NCBI GenBank assembly: GCA_017630245.1
Contig: JAGBVQ010000151.1
Location: forward strand, 1-40,582
Origin: Alistipes sp.
GTDB taxonomy: Bacteria > Bacteroidota > Bacteroidia > Bacteroidales > Rikenellaceae
DNA: 40,582 nucleotides
Direction of reading: 5' to 3'
Both the position numbers and the translations under genes were made by a program. The notes beneath the pieces were generated by a model. The model searched no databases. It was not told where the DNA came from and worked only from the letters and a program-made list of their open reading frames with translations. Shown piece by piece: positions 10,518 through 19,400 of the stretch; positions within the stretch are counted from its first letter, which is position 1, and each line of letters opens with the position of its first letter.

Positions 10518-11261
10518 CTATCGGCGAGCCTCCTCGTTATCCTTTTCGTCGGTGTCGTCACCCTCCCAATCAAACCACTCGAATGAGCGCAGCCCTCCGA
10601 GCGAAAAACGTGTATAGGTTATGGGCAGACCCCTCTCGAGGAACATCTGCTCGTAGGCGGTCTTAACCGAGAGTACCTCATCGGCATAGCCCGAACCATA
10701 GATGTCGTCGTTGGCCACCTCGCACGGCAATGAGAAGTGGTCGATAACAGCCGAGGTGTAGGCGAAGAGGTGTTGCGAGTCGGTCTTGAGGTTGATCACT
10801 CCATCCTCTGCAAGCATCTTTGCGTATCGCTCCAGGAAGAGCGGGGCAGTCAGACGCTTCTTCGCACGGCGGGTCTTGAGTTGCGGATCGGGGAATGTGA
10901 TCCATATCTCCGAGATCTCGCCCTCACCAAAGAACGAGTTGATAAACTCGATGCGTGTGCGCACGAATGCCACATTCTTCATCTCGTTCTCCGTTGCGGT
11001 CTTCGCTCCGCGCCACATACGGGCACCCTTGATATCGATACCGATGTAGTTGCGGTCGGGGTCGCGCTGTGCCAGAGCGATTGTGTACTCGCCCTTGCCG
11101 CATCCGAGCTCGAGAACGATAGGTTTGTCGTTATGGAAGAAATCCTCGTGCCAACGACCTTTGAGGGGGTGGTCACGGTGAAAAATATCCTCAAATTCGG
11201 GCTGAATCATACAGTCGAAAGTGAGATTCTCGGCAAAACGGCGTAGCTTATCTTTTCCCAT
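10518..11261 (-). CDS. trmB: tRNA (guanine-N7)-methyltransferase
   Basis: ELGCGKG SAM motif, GIDIKGAR, ITFPDP, LKTD, T-x-YE. Confidence 0.95.
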   Translation of the reverse strand: MGKDKLRRFAENLTFDCMIQPEFEDIFHRDHPLKGRWHEDFFHNDKPIVLELGCGKGEYTIALAQRDPDRNYIGIDIKGARMWRGAKTATENEMKNVAFVRTRIEFINSFFGEGEISEIWITFPDPQLKTRRAKKRLTAPLFLERYAKMLAEDGVINLKTDSQHLFAYTSAVIDHFSLPCEVANDDIYGSGYADEVLSVKTAYEQMFLERGLPITYTRFSLGGLRSFEWFDWEGDDTDEKDNEEARR

Positions 11262-11715
11262 AGATAGTGGTCTCCTCCATTGTTAAACCTACAGCCTCGA
11301 CACCACGAATGGGCTCCATCGGCATAATTGTAAAGGTGTATTTGCCCGGCATATTGAGCAGGCAGGTGCTTCTGTATCCGATCTTCTGAATTGTGCCGGT
11401 CGGAGTTGGTGCCTTCTCCTCGTCAAAGGTCCAAAAGGCACGATCGATACTGATGCTCGAATCGGGCGAGGTGACACGTATGATTACCGGCATAGTCTTC
11501 AGATCGAAGTCTGCATTACATCTCACGAAGAAATAGATGTTGTAGAGCGCCTCGGTGTTGTTGTTTTCGTAGACGATATTGGCACCCTTGCTCCAATTTA
11601 GCGGATCGACGTGGCAGACGTTCTTCTCCTTCGGGGTGCAACCAACCGAGAGGGTAAACAACGCTACAAGTGCGAGTGCTATTTTTTTAACTTTTTGAAT
11701 CATAACGTATTGCAA
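11248..11715 (-). CDS. gldH: GldH-like lipoprotein
   Basis: Lipobox SVG-C; ~150 aa with W, YNIYFFVR, GKYTFTI, GVEAVGL pattern; position after ricT as usual in Bacteroidales. Start may be 11703. Confidence 0.65.
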   Translation of the reverse strand: MQYVMIQKVKKIALALVALFTLSVGCTPKEKNVCHVDPLNWSKGANIVYENNNTEALYNIYFFVRCNADFDLKTMPVIIRVTSPDSSISIDRAFWTFDEEKAPTPTGTIQKIGYRSTCLLNMPGKYTFTIMPMEPIRGVEAVGLTMEETTIYGKR

Positions 11716-11717
11716 AG

Positions 11718-13115
11718 CTATTGCTGGTTGTTTTGGTTATTGTTTCCGCCGCCATTTCCGCCGCCATTTCTATGGCCGTGACCACGATGGCGATTTCTCG
11801 AACGGCGATTGTTATTGTGGTTCTCGTTGTTGCCTTGAGCCTCTGCGCCGCCACCCTGAGGAGCCGATCCGTTGTCGTGATTCTGCGCCTCCTTGCGGTG
11901 CTCCTTGCGGCTCTCGTTATTGCCGTTGTTGGCCGCCTCTTCACGGTGCTCTCCTCCCTGAGGTGCGCCGTTATTGTTGCGGTTTTTGTTACGGTTCTTA
12001 TTGCGGTTTTTATTGCGCTTCTTGTTGTCGAAACGGGTGATGCTATCCTCCTCGGTGCGATATGTAGGCTCCTCAACTTCAGGTACATACTCCTCGCCCT
12101 GAAGCTGCTCGACCTTGCGGCCTGCGCGGTTGGCTGCGATAATCTCTCGAACGCGAGAGATGGGCAGTGTTACCAGATTCGACATCGATTCCTTGCTGCT
12201 GCTGAAGGTCATCGTGTGGGCAAGAATATCGCTCTTGACCAGGAAGAACTCACCATCGAGAGTCTGCAACGGCTCACGCAAACGAGGCATATCACGGCGT
12301 GCATCTGCGTAGGTGTCGTACTCATACATCAGGCAACACTTGAGCTTCGAGCACTGACCTGCAAGTTTCTGCGGGTTGGGCGAGATCTCCTGTACTCGGG
12401 CAGCACCTGTGGTGACACTCGAGAAGCTCGAAATCCACGATGCACAGCAGAGCTCACGACCGCAGGCTCCGATACCGCCAATGCGACCCGCCTCCTGACG
12501 TGCACCAATCTGCTTCATCTCGATACGGATGTGGAACTGCTCGGCGAAGACCTTGATAAGCTCACGGAAATCGACACGACCTTCGGCGATGTAGTAGAAG
12601 ATAGCCTTAATCTTATCTCCCTGATACTCAACATCTCCAATCTTCATATCAAGACCCATATCGGCTGCAATCTGGCGCGAACGGATCATCGTTTCGTGCT
12701 CGAGGGCTATGGCTTCCTGCCAGCGCTGGATATCGTAGGGTTTAGCCTTGCGATAGATCTTTTTGTACTCGCCATTGTGGGGCGTAAAACCTACACGGCG
12801 CATCTGCTTTGCAACCATATCGCCCGTGAGCGATACTGTTCCGATATCGTGGCCGGGCGAAGCCTCGACAGCGACGATATCACCACGCTTGAGGTCTAAG
12901 TTATTGACATTCTGATAGTAGGAGCGGCGCGTATTCTTGAAACGCACCTCTACGATGTCGGTCGGGATGTTTACAGGGTACTCCTCGAGCCAATCGGTCT
13001 CGTGGAGTTTGTAACAACCCTCGCAGGGGGTGGCACAAGCCTCGCCGTCGCACTCACTGAAAGCGCAACCGCAACCTAACTCGGGTTTGATATCTCTATT
13101 TTGAAAATCGAACAT
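11718..13115 (-). CDS. ricT: RicT/YaaT (PSP1 domain) regulatory iron-sulfur protein with low-complexity tail
   Basis: VEVRFK, RVDFRELIK, RIEMKQIGARQEA, GACGRELCC, LAGQCSKLKCCLMYE. Start placed at the ATG at 13115. Confidence 0.92.
   Translation of the reverse strand: MFDFQNRDIKPELGCGCAFSECDGEACATPCEGCYKLHETDWLEEYPVNIPTDIVEVRFKNTRRSYYQNVNNLDLKRGDIVAVEASPGHDIGTVSLTGDMVAKQMRRVGFTPHNGEYKKIYRKAKPYDIQRWQEAIALEHETMIRSRQIAADMGLDMKIGDVEYQGDKIKAIFYYIAEGRVDFRELIKVFAEQFHIRIEMKQIGARQEAGRIGGIGACGRELCCASWISSFSSVTTGAARVQEISPNPQKLAGQCSKLKCCLMYEYDTYADARRDMPRLREPLQTLDGEFFLVKSDILAHTMTFSSSKESMSNLVTLPISRVREIIAANRAGRKVEQLQGEEYVPEVEEPTYRTEEDSITRFDNKKRNKNRNKNRNKNRNNNGAPQGGEHREEAANNGNNESRKEHRKEAQNHDNGSAPQGGGAEAQGNNENHNNNRRSRNRHRGHGHRNGGGNGGGNNNQNNQQ
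11979..12014 (-). repeat. Three degenerate 12-nt coding repeats (NKNR x3) in the ricT tail
   Basis: Plus strand gcggtttttgtt / acggttcttatt / gcggtttttatt. Confidence 0.8.
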
Positions 13116-13132
13116 TATATGCAAATTTTCTA

Positions 13133-13140
13133 CAAAAATA
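13133..13140 (-). promoter_or_regulatory. Putative -7 promoter element for ricT-gldH-trmB
   Basis: Minus strand TATTTTTG (TAnnTTTG), 17 nt upstream of the ATG. Confidence 0.55.
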
Positions 13141-13227
13141 GTAAAAAAATGGTAATTCGGAAGATTATTTTCTTAAAGTTGCGAATATTCTTCTTTTTTG
13201 CGCTGTATTTGGGTTTGGTTGCAATCT

Positions 13228-13293
13228 TAAATCTCTGGTATTTAGCGACTTGAAATATCTAAACTTTGTAATTGCCTGATTATTAGTCATTTG
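13228..13293. repeat. Two 25-bp imperfect dyad motifs, 41 bp apart
   Basis: taaatctctggtatttagcgacttg (13228-13252) and taattgcctgattattagtcatttg (13269-13293); 16/25 identical, consensus TAAnTnnCTGnTnnTTAGnnAnTTG. Confidence 0.55.
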
Positions 13294-13305
13294 TGTAAAA
13301 TTTTC

Positions 13306-13314
13306 GGGGGGGGG
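13306..13314 (+). repeat. G9 homopolymer in AT-rich intergenic DNA
   Basis: ttttc-GGGGGGGGG-tatttt. Confidence 0.9.
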
Positions 13315-13332
13315 TATTTTGGAGGATTTTTC

Positions 13333-13364
13333 TTTGGCTGTTTGAATAAAATTATATAATTTTA
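13333..13364 (+). promoter_or_regulatory. Putative promoter of the GH2/SusCD locus
   Basis: TTTG (13333-13336), 20-nt spacer, TAATTTTA (13357-13364; one mismatch to TAnnTTTG). Confidence 0.5.
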
Positions 13365-13405
13365 CACCTTGAACTGACTATAAACTAAAAATAACCATAA
13401 ACCCA

Positions 13406-16400
13406 ATGAAAAAACTTATTTTGACCGCTGTGGCTATCGTGTGCGCGTGCGCAACGATGGCGCAAACTGCAGTTCCCAAGATGGAGCGTTGGCAGGATCC
13501 AAACATCTATGAGGTGAATCGCTCGCCGATGCGTTCATCCTTTATCGTCTATCCTTCCGCTGAGGAGGCAAAGACCGGCAGTTGTTATCTCTCATCTCCC
13601 CTCTATCGCTCGATTGAGGGCGTGTGGAAGTTTGCGTGGTTTGAGCATCGCAACACTCCGCGTCCGGCAGATTTCTACGCTGTGAACTTCGATGACTCTA
13701 AGTGGGGCAAGATGCCTGTGCCGGGTCTGTGGGAGCTCAATGGCTACGGCGACCCGATCTACGTCAATAGCGGTTTTATCTGGGATAATTGCTATATCGA
13801 CAATCCTCCCTTTACTCCCGATTGGCAGAATCATATCGGACTCTATCGCCACGAGGTGGAGGTACCTGCCGAGTGGAAGGGTAAGCAGCTCTTCGTTCAC
13901 TTTGGCTCGGTAACTTCGAACCTTGCCCTCTACATCAACGGCAAGGAGGTGGGCTATAGCGAGGATAGCAAGTTGGAGGCAGAGTTCGATATTACCAAAT
14001 TTGTAAAGTTTGGCGAGAAGAACCTCTTCGCTCTGGAGGTGCACCGCTTCTGCGACGGATCCTATCTGGAGGATCAGGACTTCTGGCGTCTGTCGGGTAT
14101 CGCTCGCGCTGCCTACATCTACGCGCGCGACAAGCGCCACTTGAAGGATGTTAAGTTCGTTGCCGAGTTGGCTCACGAGTATAAGGATGGCCACCTCGAC
14201 GTGAATGTCGAGACCACTCCGGGCGTTAAGAGCGTAAAGATGGTGCTGACCGATGCCGATGGCAAGGAGGTACTCTCGACTACGGCGACTCCCAACAAGG
14301 AGGGTAAGATCGAGGAGTGTATGCATCTGCACGATGTGAAGGCGTGGAGCGCCGAGTGCCCCAATCTCTATACGCTGAAGGTTGAGGCTCTGGATGGAGC
14401 AAATACCATCGAGGCTACCGCTTTCAATGTAGGTTTCCGCACCGTCGAGATTAAGAACTCGCAGTTGCTCGTGAATGGTCAGCCTGTTTTGGTTAAGGGT
14501 GCTAACCGTCACGAGATTCACCCCAATGGTGGTTATCACCTCACCTATGAGCAGATGGTACGCGATATCCAGCTGATGAAGGAGCTCAACCTGAACGCTG
14601 TGCGCACCTGTCACTATCCCAACAGCCCGATATGGTATGACCTCTGCGACAAGTATGGAATCTATGTCGTGGATGAGGGTAATATCGAGTCGCACGGTAT
14701 GGGCTATGGCGACAAGAGCCTTGCTCATCGTGAGGATTATAAGGCTGCACACCTCATCCGCGACCAGCGTATGGTCTATCGTGACTTCAACCACCCCTCG
14801 GTAATTATCTGGAGCTTGGGTAACGAGGCAGGTAACGGTGTTAACTTCCACGCCTGCTACGATTGGATTAAGGCCTACGACAAGAGCCGCCCCGTGCAGT
14901 ACGAGCAGGCTTCGCAGTCGCGCTACAAGCAGCGTAACTCACGCAACTATAACTCGGATATCGAGTGCCCGATGTACTTGGATTACGCCAAGTGCGAGGC
15001 TTATGTTACCTCGAATCCCGATCGTCCGCTTATCCAGTGTGAGTATGCTCACGCTATGGGTCAGTCGATCGGCTCGTTCAAGGAGTATTGGGATCTGGTA
15101 CGCAAGTACCCCAACTATCAGGGTGGTTTTATCTGGGACTTTGTCGATCAGGCATTGGCTCGTCGTGATCCGCAGGGTGTGACCTATACCTATGGCGGTT
15201 GCTATAACGACTACGATTCGACCGATGAGTCATTCTGCTGTAATGGCTTTATATCGGCTCAGCGCAAGCCTCACACTTCGGCTTGGGAGGTTAAGCACCA
15301 GTATCAGAATATCTGGGCTTCGGCTAAGGATCTTGCCAATGGCGAGGTTGAGGTATATAACGAGTATTTCTTCCGCAATCTGGAGGCATATCGCCTTGAG
15401 TGGAGCCTGACTTCGGATGGTAAGAGCGCACTCGCAGGTGTTGTTGAGACGCTGGATGTTGCTCCGCAGGAGCGCAAGGTTGTGAAGTTGGGCTATAAGG
15501 CCGAGGATGTTGCAGCGCTCAAGGGAGAGGTTCTTCTGACCGTTCGTTTTGTGCTGAAGAGTGCCGAGCCGCTTTTGAATCCGGGCCACGAGGTTGCATT
15601 CAACCAGTTTACAGTTCGTGAGTGGGATGCAGCTGCGGCGTATGCTGCTGCGACGGCTCCTGCTCAGGCTGAGCCTCTGCGTATCTGCCGTGATAGCCGT
15701 ACAGTTTATGGTCACGACTTCTCGATTACATTCGCCGGCAAGGGCTGGTTGGAGGATTATACCCTCCGTGGTCGTAAGATGATTGCCGAGCCGATCATCC
15801 CCTCGCTCTATCGCCCGATGACCGAGAATGACTTTGGTGTTCGCAAGCGTGCACGCAACGCTGAGTACTACCACTCGCACAAGGCACTGCGTAATCCGCG
15901 AATGATGATGGATCTCTTCTTGATGGAGAAGGTGGAGGATAATGTGGTTGTTACCACAAGCTATAGCCTTGAGGAGCTGGGTGCTAAGGTTCACCTTATC
16001 TACACTATCTCGCCCGATGGTACAGTGTCGGTTACCGAGAAGCTCCGCCCGAGTAGTAGCTATAAGCTCAACCTGATTACAATGTTGCGTTTCGGCGTTG
16101 CGCTGGCTATGCCCGATTCTTATGATCATATCGAGTTCTACGGAGCAGGCCCGCACGAGAGCTACTGCGACCGTAAGAGCGGTAATAAGGTGGGAATCTA
16201 TAAGCAGGCTGTAGATGAGCAGTTCTGCACAACATACGTTCGTCCTCAGGAGTCGGGTTCGCACTGCGACCTGCGCTGGTGGAGAGTTACCGATTCGACA
16301 GGTAGTGGTCTGGAGGTACGCTCGGATATCCTCTTTGCAGCTTCGGCAATTCCTTATCCGCTCTCGCAGATCGATATCCTCTCGGATGACTATCGCAAGC

Positions 16401-16561
16401 ATCCGAACTTGCTCGAGAAGACGGGCAAGACCTACGTTAATATCGATATGGCGCAGGCAGGTCTTATTTGCGAGGATTCGTGGGGCGCAATTCAGTTGCC
16501 ACAGTACCAGATTCCTTACCAGAAGCATACGTTCAAGTTCGTATTGAAGCCGTTGCGATAG
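13406..16561 (+). CDS. GH2 beta-galactosidase (LacZ-like), secreted
   Basis: Signal peptide; YLEDQDFWRLSGI, KGANRHE, RTCHYP, WSLGNE (acid/base), CEYAHAMG (nucleophile), GGFIWDFVDQ, YVRPQESG. Confidence 0.95.
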   Translation: MKKLILTAVAIVCACATMAQTAVPKMERWQDPNIYEVNRSPMRSSFIVYPSAEEAKTGSCYLSSPLYRSIEGVWKFAWFEHRNTPRPADFYAVNFDDSKWGKMPVPGLWELNGYGDPIYVNSGFIWDNCYIDNPPFTPDWQNHIGLYRHEVEVPAEWKGKQLFVHFGSVTSNLALYINGKEVGYSEDSKLEAEFDITKFVKFGEKNLFALEVHRFCDGSYLEDQDFWRLSGIARAAYIYARDKRHLKDVKFVAELAHEYKDGHLDVNVETTPGVKSVKMVLTDADGKEVLSTTATPNKEGKIEECMHLHDVKAWSAECPNLYTLKVEALDGANTIEATAFNVGFRTVEIKNSQLLVNGQPVLVKGANRHEIHPNGGYHLTYEQMVRDIQLMKELNLNAVRTCHYPNSPIWYDLCDKYGIYVVDEGNIESHGMGYGDKSLAHREDYKAAHLIRDQRMVYRDFNHPSVIIWSLGNEAGNGVNFHACYDWIKAYDKSRPVQYEQASQSRYKQRNSRNYNSDIECPMYLDYAKCEAYVTSNPDRPLIQCEYAHAMGQSIGSFKEYWDLVRKYPNYQGGFIWDFVDQALARRDPQGVTYTYGGCYNDYDSTDESFCCNGFISAQRKPHTSAWEVKHQYQNIWASAKDLANGEVEVYNEYFFRNLEAYRLEWSLTSDGKSALAGVVETLDVAPQERKVVKLGYKAEDVAALKGEVLLTVRFVLKSAEPLLNPGHEVAFNQFTVREWDAAAAYAAATAPAQAEPLRICRDSRTVYGHDFSITFAGKGWLEDYTLRGRKMIAEPIIPSLYRPMTENDFGVRKRARNAEYYHSHKALRNPRMMMDLFLMEKVEDNVVVTTSYSLEELGAKVHLIYTISPDGTVSVTEKLRPSSSYKLNLITMLRFGVALAMPDSYDHIEFYGAGPHESYCDRKSGNKVGIYKQAVDEQFCTTYVRPQESGSHCDLRWWRVTDSTGSGLEVRSDILFAASAIPYPLSQIDILSDDYRKHPNLLEKTGKTYVNIDMAQAGLICEDSWGAIQLPQYQIPYQKHTFKFVLKPLR

Positions 16562-16653
16562 GGTATACCTATATATAATAGTAAGACAACGAGGTATCAA
16601 AATCTATAAAATATCTATACAAACTATTTATTAACTAACTAATTCTATTAACT

Positions 16654-16776
16654 ATGGTTAAAACAAACATTTCGACCAATTCGACTTACGAGGCACCCGC
16701 TGTTCTCGTAGTTGAGGTTGCCATCGAGCGCGGCTTTGCTGAGTCGTTGACCTTTGGCGAGGAGGAGGAGTTTTAA
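16654..16776 (+). CDS. 40-aa peptide MVKTNISTNSTYEAPAVLVVEVAIERGFAESLTFGEEEEF
   Basis: Hand translation; below the ORF-track cutoff. AT-rich leader, coding-like GC, stop 19 nt before the next start; YxxP...ExGFAxS plus acidic tail. Confidence 0.8.
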   Translation: MVKTNISTNSTYEAPAVLVVEVAIERGFAESLTFGEEEEF

Positions 16777-16795
16777 CGTAAACACCACGACGATT

Positions 16796-19324
16796 ATGAA
16801 GAAGATTTTTTCGGCAATGATTTGCGCGGTGGTTATGTTGGCATCCGCGTGTACACAGGAGTTTAATGACGATGCAGCTCCTGTAAAGATGAAGACGATC
16901 ACTATGAGTGTATCGTACGAACTTCCTGAGGTGTTCTCTGAGGATGGCACCCGTGTAACTCTTAATGATTTGAACCAGCTGGTTTGGGAGGCTGGTGATC
17001 AGATTAAAGTGGTTTACAATGGTAGCAGCGTTGCTACTTCGACTCCGCTTGATGCGAGCGATGCAGCTGTAGGTCAGCCTATTAAGGAGCCAGCAGAGTT
17101 CTCTATCGAGATTCCTGAGAGCGCAACCATTAACTACGCTTTTTACTTCTGTGGTAGTTATAATGGTACTCCCTCTTCAACCCGTCTGCGTATCCAGCTT
17201 GCAGGTTGGACAAATGGTGCACCAGATTACGGTAACAATATGGCTACCGGCACTTCGCTGGCTGAGGTTATCCGCCAGTCGCCTGCTTCGGGTACCGTAT
17301 CGTACAATCCTACAAATGGAACAGGTAACGTAACCTTGCACAATGCAGCTTCGTTTGTTGAGGTTCAGCTCACCGGTACTGAGAAGGTATGGTCTGTTGC
17401 AGTATTAAGTAAGTCGCAGAACCTGCGCTCGAGGTATGGTGATATCAACAATATCGCGTCGGCTGAGCCTAAGTGGGCTGTTTATCAGAATGTTGAGCGT
17501 AATAGCGAGGATCCCTCGTCGATGGGTGGTGCAATCTGCCTGCCTTCTAATGGCGCAGCACTCTCGGGTACACCGACTTCGTTCTACTTTGCAATGCCGG
17601 TTGTTGATCTGCCCGCTGAGGATATGTTTATCCTTGTTCGTGCTGAAACTTTCTGCCGTCTCTATCGTTCGAAGAATGCTCACTCGTTCAAGCGCAACCG
17701 CGTAACTCGTATCAAGTCGTTCGAGGCTGCAGCTCCCGATACTGATGCTATCACTTATGAGCCGCTGGATGAGCAGGGTCTTTCGAACTGCTATATGGTA
17801 GCTCCTGCTACAACCGATAAGTATTACTCATTCTCGGTTCAGAATATCGATGGCTCGACAGTTATCTGGAATACTAAGACCAGAAACTATGGCGTATGGC
17901 CTTTGTGGGCAACCAAGGATAAGTTGGTTGAGGATATCGCAGTTGTCTATGGTAATGCTGCTGAGGGTCGTGTACACTTCAAGGTTCCGGCAAATAGCGG
18001 TAAAGGTAGCTTTATGCTGACCGGAGGTCCTATCAACTCTGCACAGATGGGTACAAACTGGTCTTGGCATATCTGGGTAACCGATGCACACGCTGTTACT
18101 TATGGTGATCCTGCAATCACAGTTCTCGACCGTGCTCCGGGTGCTCAGTGGGTACCGACTTCGAAGGAGGATGTTGTTGCAATGACTCCCGAGCAGGCTG
18201 CTCAGAGTGTCGGCTTTATGTATCAGTATGGTCGTCACAATGCATTCCCCGGCGCGAAGAGCTTGAACAATCCTGCTGTCCTGAATAAGTGGGGTTATGA
18301 GGGCACTGGCGGTGACAAGGGTGCTTTTGTTACAGGTACTCAGGATGTTGAGTTCTATAAGTTTACTCGTTGGCAGAATGGCTTTACCAATTACGACAAC
18401 CCGTCGACAGCTCCGAAGGCTTCGACCGGCGTGAAGTATTACAACATGCAGATGGTTCAGTACGGTGGCTCTTGGGCTTCTGACGTAACACAGGAGTCGA
18501 TCAATGCTGATGGTACATCGGGTAATAAGGCATACTGGAGTACTGCCGAGAAGGGTAATCAGGACCCCTGCCCGCAGGGTTATCGCGTAGCAGGTCTGAC
18601 CGAGCTTGAGCGTATCCTCCGCGAGTTGAAGGGTGATACTTCGCTCTCGCTCTACACCAACCACTATAGCCCCTCGAATAAGACCTTCTCGCGCAGCGCA
18701 AAGAATACTGTTGATACAAATGCAGATGGTACGGCAGATGCTATGGATGCTGCAAATAATGCTATTAAGTACGCTACCGATGTTCTGGGTTCGTTCTCGG
18801 ACGGTGAGGTTGGTGAGCAGAGCGCAGATGCTCGTGAGGCTGCCCTCAATGGCAACTTCGTATGGTTCCCCCACGGCGGTTTCCGTATGATGAAGCAGGC
18901 TGTAGCTAACGCTGGTGAGCACGGTTGCTTGATGTACTCGACTAACTATCTCCACGATGGTAAGAGCGTGAATACTCCCGCTGTTGGTGTTATCTGGGGT
19001 GTGCCCGATTTCGATTTGACAGAGTTGCTCAAAACCACATATATTGCAATGCCGAGCCACGCTATAACGGGATATCCTAACTATGTTTTGATTCCTTACA
19101 AGTGGGCTACAACAGGTGAGAATATCTGGACTTACAGCACATTGGCTGGCAATTCGATTGCTGTTCGCCATAATAATGCAGCAACTGCCTTCACTATCAA
19201 TAAGGGTGGTCTTCCTGCACACGATGCACTTCCCGTACGTTGCGTGAAGTTGCCCGCAGCAAGCGGTCAGGCTTCGGTAGCTCCTCTTACAGGAGCGCAG
19301 AGCGACGCTAACGCTTGGAACTAA
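16796..19324 (+). CDS. Fimbrillin-like lipoprotein with C-terminal lectin-like (FISUMP/CLec-like) domain
   Basis: Lipobox ASA-C then acidic TQEFNDD; GTRVTL...WEAGDQI; SNCYMV, WSWHIWVTD, YQYGR, DPCPQGYRV, PVRCVK. Start placed at MKKIFS (16796). Confidence 0.75.
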   Translation: MKKIFSAMICAVVMLASACTQEFNDDAAPVKMKTITMSVSYELPEVFSEDGTRVTLNDLNQLVWEAGDQIKVVYNGSSVATSTPLDASDAAVGQPIKEPAEFSIEIPESATINYAFYFCGSYNGTPSSTRLRIQLAGWTNGAPDYGNNMATGTSLAEVIRQSPASGTVSYNPTNGTGNVTLHNAASFVEVQLTGTEKVWSVAVLSKSQNLRSRYGDINNIASAEPKWAVYQNVERNSEDPSSMGGAICLPSNGAALSGTPTSFYFAMPVVDLPAEDMFILVRAETFCRLYRSKNAHSFKRNRVTRIKSFEAAAPDTDAITYEPLDEQGLSNCYMVAPATTDKYYSFSVQNIDGSTVIWNTKTRNYGVWPLWATKDKLVEDIAVVYGNAAEGRVHFKVPANSGKGSFMLTGGPINSAQMGTNWSWHIWVTDAHAVTYGDPAITVLDRAPGAQWVPTSKEDVVAMTPEQAAQSVGFMYQYGRHNAFPGAKSLNNPAVLNKWGYEGTGGDKGAFVTGTQDVEFYKFTRWQNGFTNYDNPSTAPKASTGVKYYNMQMVQYGGSWASDVTQESINADGTSGNKAYWSTAEKGNQDPCPQGYRVAGLTELERILRELKGDTSLSLYTNHYSPSNKTFSRSAKNTVDTNADGTADAMDAANNAIKYATDVLGSFSDGEVGEQSADAREAALNGNFVWFPHGGFRMMKQAVANAGEHGCLMYSTNYLHDGKSVNTPAVGVIWGVPDFDLTELLKTTYIAMPSHAITGYPNYVLIPYKWATTGENIWTYSTLAGNSIAVRHNNAATAFTINKGGLPAHDALPVRCVKLPAASGQASVAPLTGAQSDANAWN

Positions 19325-19326
19325 TA

Positions 19327-19380
19327 ATTTTTGGGCGAAAGCACCTGCGCCAATTTGGGCGCAGGTGCAGGCCCGAAAAT
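19327..19380 (+). other. Strong intergenic hairpin without U-tract
   Basis: Perfect 11-bp stem gcacctgcgcc/ggcgcaggtgc (19341-19368) with outer arms atttttgggc/gcccgaaaat. Confidence 0.8.
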
Positions 19381-19400
19381 AACCAACTAACCTAAAACCA

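Noticed and set aside
11687-12088. 133-aa alternative-frame ORF in the ricT tail
   Set aside because: By-product of low-complexity sequence; the main frame is open to its stop.
16720-16776. RG-FA in the small peptide as a type IV prepilin cleavage site
   Set aside because: No Glu at +5 and no hydrophobic helix after the site.
16754-16795. MARRRSF extension suggesting a Tat signal on the pilin-like gene
   Set aside because: Starts at TTG inside the 40-aa peptide gene; MKKIFS at 16796 gives a normal lipoprotein signal.
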